The translations under genes and the position numbers were made by a program. The notes below the pieces were generated by a model. The model searched no databases and was not told where the DNA came from. It worked only from the letters and a program-made list of their open reading frames with translations. From positions 32,001 to 96,000 of the forward strand of contig CAWFDF010000003.1 in assembly GCA_963814585.1 (NCBI GenBank): a stretch of 64,000 nucleotides of DNA, in the 5' to 3' direction. Positions 58,828 to 64,000 of the stretch are shown here, in pieces (position 1 is the stretch's first letter; every line of letters starts with the position of its first letter). This DNA comes from an uncultured delta proteobacterium (GTDB lineage Bacteria; Myxococcota; Myxococcia; Myxococcales; Anaeromyxobacteraceae).

Positions 58828-60294
58828 CTACTCCAGCCCCATGGCGCGCATCCGGCGCCAGAGCGTGCTGCGGCTCAGGCCGAGCGCCCGGGCCGTCTCC
58901 ACCCGGTTCCAGCGGCAAGCCTCCAGGGCGCTCAGGACCGCCGCGCTTTCCTCGGGCGGCACCATCCCGCCCTGGCCGCGCCTCCTCCCCGCCGGCGCGG
59001 CGGCCGGGCCCGGGATCGCGGCGCGCCTCTCGTCCGGCGCGGCCTCGTCGCCGGACCCGGCGCCCTCCAGCACCTCGGGCGGGAGGTCCTCCGGCTGGAT
59101 GGTCTGCCCCTGGCAGACGGTGGCGGCGAACTCGAGCGCGTTCTCCAGCTCGCGGACGTTGCCCGGCCACGGGTGGGAGAGCAGGACCCTCACCGCCTCG
59201 GGCGAGAAGCGCAGGGCCCGGCCGGTGCGCGCGCCGGCCTTGCCGAGCAGCAGCCGGGCGATGGGCTCGATGTCCTCCCGCCGGTCGCGCAGGCGCGGCA
59301 CCTCGATGGGGAAGACGCGCAGCCGGTAGTAGAGGTCCTCGCGGAACTGGCCGTCGGCCACCGCCTTGCGCAGGTTCCGGTTGGTGGCGGCGATGATCCG
59401 GGCGTTGGTCCGGCGGGACTGGCTGTCGCCCACCCGCTCGAAGGTGTGCTCCTGCAGGACGCGCAGCAGCTTGACCTGGAGGTGGAGGGGCACGTCGCCG
59501 ACCTCGTCGAGGAAGAGCGTGCCGTCGTTGGCGGTCTCGAAGCGCCCGGCCCGATCCTTCACCGCGCCGGTGAAGGCGCCGCGGACGTGGCCGAAGAGCT
59601 CGCTCTCCAGCAGCTCGCCCGGCAGGGCGGCGGCGTTGACCGCCACGAACGGGCCGCTCCGGCGCGGAGAGTGGGCGTGGATGATGCGGGCCATGACCTC
59701 CTTGCCCGTGCCGCTGTCGCCGGTGATCAGGACCGTCGACTCGCTCTGCTGCAAGGTGTCGATGAGCCGGAAGACCCGCCCCATCGCCTTGGAGCGGCCG
59801 ATCAGGCCGAAGCCGCCGATGGGACCGCTGGCCTCCTCGGTGGCCTCGTCGGCGGGGCGCAGCACCACCAGGTAGCGGGCCTCCGGGTCGCACACCCCGA
59901 GGCGATCCCGCAGCAGCGGCGCGGCAGACACCGACATGAGCCGGGCCGGACCCTCCGGGCCCTGGAGCACGGCCCGCCAGCCCTCCCGCTTCTCGCCGGC
60001 CAGCAGCGCCAGCCGCAGCGGGCCCTCGGCGCCGAAGAGCTCCGGACCGAGCAGGGCCTCCACCGGGTGGTCTCGCGCGGCGGCCGCGGCGACCGGTCCG
60101 AGGAGCGTGTCGAGCAGCTCCGAGGCGTAGCGGACGCGGAACTGGCCGTCGAGCGCCATGCAGACCCGCCCCAGCGAGCCGAAGGCGGCGTTGACGGCCG
60201 CGAAGGCCCGCTCGTGGTCGGTGGCGTCGGCGGCGCATGCCGGGGTGGATGCTGACCGGGAGGCGGAGTCCGCGGCGGCGAGGTCGGTGGTCAC
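58828..60294 (-). CDS. sigma54-dependent enhancer-binding protein with a PAS-like N-terminus
   Basis: [28 protein letters not shown] and HTH SRSTLWRRM. No receiver domain. Confidence 0.92.
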   Translation of the reverse strand: MTTDLAAADSASRSASTPACAADATDHERAFAAVNAAFGSLGRVCMALDGQFRVRYASELLDTLLGPVAAAAARDHPVEALLGPELFGAEGPLRLALLAGEKREGWRAVLQGPEGPARLMSVSAAPLLRDRLGVCDPEARYLVVLRPADEATEEASGPIGGFGLIGRSKAMGRVFRLIDTLQQSESTVLITGDSGTGKEVMARIIHAHSPRRSGPFVAVNAAALPGELLESELFGHVRGAFTGAVKDRAGRFETANDGTLFLDEVGDVPLHLQVKLLRVLQEHTFERVGDSQSRRTNARIIAATNRNLRKAVADGQFREDLYYRLRVFPIEVPRLRDRREDIEPIARLLLGKAGARTGRALRFSPEAVRVLLSHPWPGNVRELENALEFAATVCQGQTIQPEDLPPEVLEGAGSGDEAAPDERRAAIPGPAAAPAGRRRGQGGMVPPEESAAVLSALEACRWNRVETARALGLSRSTLWRRMRAMGLE

Positions 60295-60307
60295 GTTTCA
60301 CGCTCCC

Positions 60308-60347
60308 TGGCACGTCATGTCTCGTCCATTTGAGACGAAATGTGCCA
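60308..60347. promoter_or_regulatory. large inverted repeat, candidate enhancer for the adjacent activator
   Basis: TGGCAC-gtca-TGTCTC-N8-GAGACG-aaat-GTGCCA. Confidence 0.6.
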
Positions 60348-60398
60348 GACGGGGTTCGGAATTCGCTCAACTGTTTGAATTCACTGGGTTCAATTGCC

Positions 60399-60414
60399 GG
60401 GCACGCGCCGAGCA
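60399..60414 (+). promoter_or_regulatory. putative sigma54 promoter of the cytochrome operon
   Basis: GGGCACGCGCCGAGCA (GG-N10-GC), preceded by an AT-rich IHF-like stretch at 60358-60395. Confidence 0.55.
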
Positions 60415-60476
60415 ATGCTCCTGTAGCGAGAAACGAGCCGGACCGCGGGCACTGGAATGGAACACGAGGACGAGAC

Positions 60477-61919
60477 ATGGCCGAAGGGACGACCCCCCCG
60501 AAGAAGAAGAGCGCCTGGCTGGTGGGCGCGGTGCTGCTCCTCGTCGTGCTCGGCGGCGTCTCCCTGGCGCGGGCGCTGCGGGGCGCCCCGGTCGTCGAGA
60601 CCCGCGCCGCCGGCTTCTCACGCAAGGTGCGGCCCCACTTCGATCACGCCCCGGTGATCAGCGGCCCGTTCGCGACCCCCCAGGCCGTGACGCACCGCTG
60701 CCTGGAGTGCCACCCGAAGGCGGCCGAGGTGATGAGGTCCTCGCACTTCCAGTGGCTGGGCGAGGAGGTCGAGGTGCTGGGCCACGCCGGGAAGACCCGC
60801 ATCGGCAAGAAGAACGTCATCAACAACTTCTGCATCGCCACCGCCGGCAACGAGCGGTCCTGCATGAAGTGCCACGCCGGGTACGGCTGGCTCGACGCCA
60901 GCTTCGACTTCAAGAACCCCGACAACGTCGACTGCCTGGTCTGCCACGAGGGGACCAACGGCTACGTGAAGGGCGTGGGCGGCATCCCCACCAAGGAGAC
61001 CGACCTGGTGGCCGCGGCCCGCTCGGTCGGCACGCCGCGCCGGGAGAACTGCCTCGGCTGCCACGCCTACGGCGGCGGCGGCCAGGCGGTGAAGCACGGC
61101 GACCTCGACTCCTCGCTGGCGCACCCCTTCGAGGAGGAGGACGTCCACATCGGCCGGCACCAGTTCCTCTGCGTCGACTGCCACCAGGCGCCGGACCACC
61201 AGATCCAGGGGCGGGCCTTCTCGGTCAGCGTGGAGGACTCGCACGGCGTGGCCTGCACCGACTGCCACCGCGTGCCGGAGCACCGGGACGAGCGGCTCAA
61301 CAGGCACCTGGCCGCCGTGGCCTGCCAGACCTGCCACATCCCCGACTACGCCGGGAAGATCCCCACCAAGGCCACCTGGGACTGGAGCAAGGCCGGCGAC
61401 AGGAACCGGCCCGAGGATCCGCACCGCTACCTCAAGATCAAGGGCGAGTTCTCCTACGAGCAGGACGCGCAGCCGCAGTATCGCTGGTTCAACGGCACGG
61501 TGGGGCGCTACCTGCTGGGCGACAAGATCGACCCGAAGCAGGTGACCGTCCTCAACCCGCCGCAGGGCACCATCGCCGACAAGAAGGCCCGCATCTGGCC
61601 GTTCAAGATCCACCACGCCAGGCAGCCCTATGACGCCGGCCACGACTACCTCTTCCCACCGGTCACCGGCGGGCCCGGCGGCTACTGGACCACCTTCGAC
61701 TGGGACAGCGCCTTCCGGCTGGGCGCCGCGGCGTCGAACATCGCCTACAGCGGCAAGTTCGGCTTCGCGCCGACCGACATGTACTGGCCGCTCTCCCACA
61801 TGGTGGCGCCCAAGGAGAAGGCCCTGGCCTGCACCGACTGCCACGGCGATCGCCCGCGCCTCGACTGGAAGGCGCTGGGCTACGCCGGAGACCCCATCAA
61901 GACCGGAGGCCGCCCGTGA
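60477..61919 (+). CDS. octaheme c-type cytochrome, tetrathionate reductase (OTR) family
   Basis: N-terminal TM anchor and 8 CxxCH motifs (CLECH, CMKCH, CLVCH, CLGCH, CVDCH, CTDCH, CQTCH, CTDCH). Also GKKNVINNFC, WDWSKAG and YRWFNG. Confidence 0.9.
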   Translation: MAEGTTPPKKKSAWLVGAVLLLVVLGGVSLARALRGAPVVETRAAGFSRKVRPHFDHAPVISGPFATPQAVTHRCLECHPKAAEVMRSSHFQWLGEEVEVLGHAGKTRIGKKNVINNFCIATAGNERSCMKCHAGYGWLDASFDFKNPDNVDCLVCHEGTNGYVKGVGGIPTKETDLVAAARSVGTPRRENCLGCHAYGGGGQAVKHGDLDSSLAHPFEEEDVHIGRHQFLCVDCHQAPDHQIQGRAFSVSVEDSHGVACTDCHRVPEHRDERLNRHLAAVACQTCHIPDYAGKIPTKATWDWSKAGDRNRPEDPHRYLKIKGEFSYEQDAQPQYRWFNGTVGRYLLGDKIDPKQVTVLNPPQGTIADKKARIWPFKIHHARQPYDAGHDYLFPPVTGGPGGYWTTFDWDSAFRLGAAASNIAYSGKFGFAPTDMYWPLSHMVAPKEKALACTDCHGDRPRLDWKALGYAGDPIKTGGRP

Positions 61920-64000
61920 AGCGCCCGTCCCTCCTCCTCCTGCTGGCGCTGGCCGCCGCGCCCGGGGCCCGGGCCCAGCAGGCCGTCAACCCCATCCACC
62001 CGGTCTTCGCCCCGCTCGACGCCGCCGGCCACAAGGTCCGGGAGGCCGCCAGGGTCTCGCCCGACGCCACCTGCGGCGCCTGTCACGACGCGCCGTGGAT
62101 CGGCGCCCACACCGGCCATCCGGCCGACAAGGTGAAGGCCACCTGCGTCCAGTGCCACCTCGACGGCGGCAGGCTGGACGTACGGCCCGGCACGCTCGAC
62201 GCCGAGGGGCGGCTCACCCGCCAGGCCATCCGCATCGGCACGCCGCGCGCCGCCAACTGCGCCGGCTGCCACGGGGTGGTCTCCGACGGCTCCACCCCCG
62301 TGGTGCTGCCCGAGTCCTTCGAGGCGGCCGAGAAGGCCCCGGGGCAGTCCTTCACCATCACCCAGGGCGAAGGGGCGGTGGTGGCCCCGCAGCGGATGGC
62401 CGACTCCTTCCTGAACCTGGAGGGGAAGGCCGACCTGGCCTCACCCTGGGACGTCCACGCCGCCAAGCTGGTCGACTGCGTCGGCTGCCACCACGCCGCC
62501 AACGACCCCGGCCGGGTCGACGGCAAGCACGCCAGCCTGGTCTACCTGACCGCCGACCCGCGCCGCCCCAGCACCTCCGAGTTCCTGGTGCGCCCCGACC
62601 ATCGGCTGGCCGAGCCGTCCTGCCGCGGCTGCCACGACCCCTTCAAGGCGCACCGGTTCCTGCCCTACCGGGAGCGGCACATGGCGGTGGTGGCCTGCCA
62701 GGCCTGCCACCTCGCCTCGCCCACCGGGCCGGCCGTGGAGATGTTCGACGCCACCGTGGTCACGGCGGCCGGCACGCCGGCCATCCGGTACCGGAACGTG
62801 GAGCGCCGGCCCGGCGAGCCGCTCAACGCCGCCACCATCCGGCCCTTCCGTCCGCTCCTCGTCGAGCGGCGCGAGCGCGACGGCGTCACGCGGCTGGCCC
62901 CCGTCAACCCGGTGAGCCGCTTCCGCTGGGTCTCCGGGCCGGATCGCGTCGAGGTCCCGTGGAAGGTGGTGTCCATGGTCTTCCTGCAGGGCCAGGCCTA
63001 CGCCCCCGCCATCCTCGAGGCCTTCGACGCCGACCGCGACGGCCGGCTGGACGAGCGCGAGCTGCGCCTCGACTCCAGGTCCAAGACCGAGCTGGTGGCG
63101 AGCCGCCTCTGGGCGGCCGGCGTGGTCGAGCCGACCATCGAGGGGATGCTCGATCCCATCCCCCTGGCCCACGGCGTCCCGACGCGCGACCGGGCCCTGC
63201 GCGACTGCCAGGGCTGCCACTCCGGCGACTCCCGCCTCTCCGAGCCCTTCGTCATCGCCGGCTACCTCCCCGGCGGCACGCCCCCCCGGCCCCGGGAGGG
63301 GGCGCGCGTCGAGCTGGCCGGCCTGCTGGACCACGGCAGCGACGGGGCGCTGATCCTGTGGCGCGATCGCCAGGTGGCGCCCGGCGGCCTCCACGTGCTG
63401 GGCCACTCCAGGCAGGCCTTGACCAACACCGTCGGCTTCTTCCTCTTCGTGGCCACCTTCCTGGGCGTCGTGGCCCACGGCCTGACGCGCTGGGCGCTGC
63501 GGCGGCGCCGGGCGCCCCAGGAGGCGCACCCCTCCGGCGCCCCGTCCTACCTCTTCGGCCGCTACGAGCGGATCTGGCACTGGACCATGGCGCTGGCCGG
63601 CGTGCTGCTCATCGTCAGCGGCCTGGAGATCCACAACGCCGGCGCGCACTGGCTGCTGGACCTGCCGAAGGCGGTCTCGCTCCACAACGCCTTCGCGGTG
63701 GTGCTCATGCTGAACGCCGGCCTGGCGCTCTTCTACCACCTGACCAACCGGGCCATCCGCAACTTCATCCCGGCGCCGCACGGGCTGGCCGCCCGCGTGC
63801 TGGAGCACCTGGACTACCAGTCGCGCGGGATCTTCTTCGGCGGGCCGCACCCGGCCAACGCGCCGGGACACAAGCTCAACCCGCTGCAGCAGCTCACCTA
63901 CCTGGCGCTGCTCAACCTGCTCTTCCCGCTCCAGATCGTCACCGGCCTGCTCATCTGGGCCACCGGAACCTGGCCGGCGGTGGGCGCCGCCCTGGGCGGG
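61916..64000 (+). CDS. multiheme cytochrome c fused to a cytochrome b (HyaC/FdnI-like) membrane domain (3' end outside window)
   Basis: My own translation from GTG 61916 (not in the ORF track) gives a signal peptide, 7 CxxCH motifs, an EF-hand-like DADRDGRLDERE, then ERIWHW, SLHNAF and NPLQQLTY. Confidence 0.88.
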   Translation, partial: MKRPSLLLLLALAAAPGARAQQAVNPIHPVFAPLDAAGHKVREAARVSPDATCGACHDAPWIGAHTGHPADKVKATCVQCHLDGGRLDVRPGTLDAEGRLTRQAIRIGTPRAANCAGCHGVVSDGSTPVVLPESFEAAEKAPGQSFTITQGEGAVVAPQRMADSFLNLEGKADLASPWDVHAAKLVDCVGCHHAANDPGRVDGKHASLVYLTADPRRPSTSEFLVRPDHRLAEPSCRGCHDPFKAHRFLPYRERHMAVVACQACHLASPTGPAVEMFDATVVTAAGTPAIRYRNVERRPGEPLNAATIRPFRPLLVERRERDGVTRLAPVNPVSRFRWVSGPDRVEVPWKVVSMVFLQGQAYAPAILEAFDADRDGRLDERELRLDSRSKTELVASRLWAAGVVEPTIEGMLDPIPLAHGVPTRDRALRDCQGCHSGDSRLSEPFVIAGYLPGGTPPRPREGARVELAGLLDHGSDGALILWRDRQVAPGGLHVLGHSRQALTNTVGFFLFVATFLGVVAHGLTRWALRRRRAPQEAHPSGAPSYLFGRYERIWHWTMALAGVLLIVSGLEIHNAGAHWLLDLPKAVSLHNAFAVVLMLNAGLALFYHLTNRAIRNFIPAPHGLAARVLEHLDYQSRGIFFGGPHPANAPGHKLNPLQQLTYLALLNLLFPLQIVTGLLIWATGTWPAVGAALGG

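Overview
This is a very GC-rich, gene-dense bacterial window. Gene content and style suggest an Anaeromyxobacter-like member of the Myxococcota, which is my inference. I found no rRNA, tRNA or CRISPR array. Several genes (htpX, DUF4397 lipoprotein, hemH, a membrane protein, an NAD(P)-binding protein, a beta-CASP RNase) carry single-base frameshifts that most likely reflect sequencing error. From left to right: (1) an nhaR-like/htpX and oxidative or photo-oxidative stress region full of fused gene fragments (lipocalin|TerC|KatG, glutathione peroxidase|IS3 end|SDR, SOUL|LpxL); (2) DNA polymerase II and oxidoreductases; (3) a DUF3494 ice-binding-type lipoprotein with a sigma54 promoter, divergent from a PAS kinase and sigma54 activator; (4) envelope genes; (5) a nucleotide, DNA-repair or conflict-like block (YbjN-like, Sir2, 5'-3' exonuclease, HNH, VIT-VWA + ECF sigma + small protein with an ECF-type promoter, TY-Chap-like, small alarmone hydrolase-like HD, AddAB-like); (6) lipoproteins and egtD/egtB; (7) a sigma54-controlled, probably sulfur-respiration locus (FadL-like porin, DUF2892, ArsM-like methyltransferase fused in frame to a radical SAM/SPASM enzyme, activator, octaheme OTR-type cytochrome, and a 7-heme/EF-hand/cytochrome b fusion running off the end). 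The best candidates for an undescribed system are the VIT-VWA/ECF module, the sigma54 regulon with a shared enhancer motif, and the methyltransferase-rSAM fusion. All family assignments come from motif recognition, not database searches.
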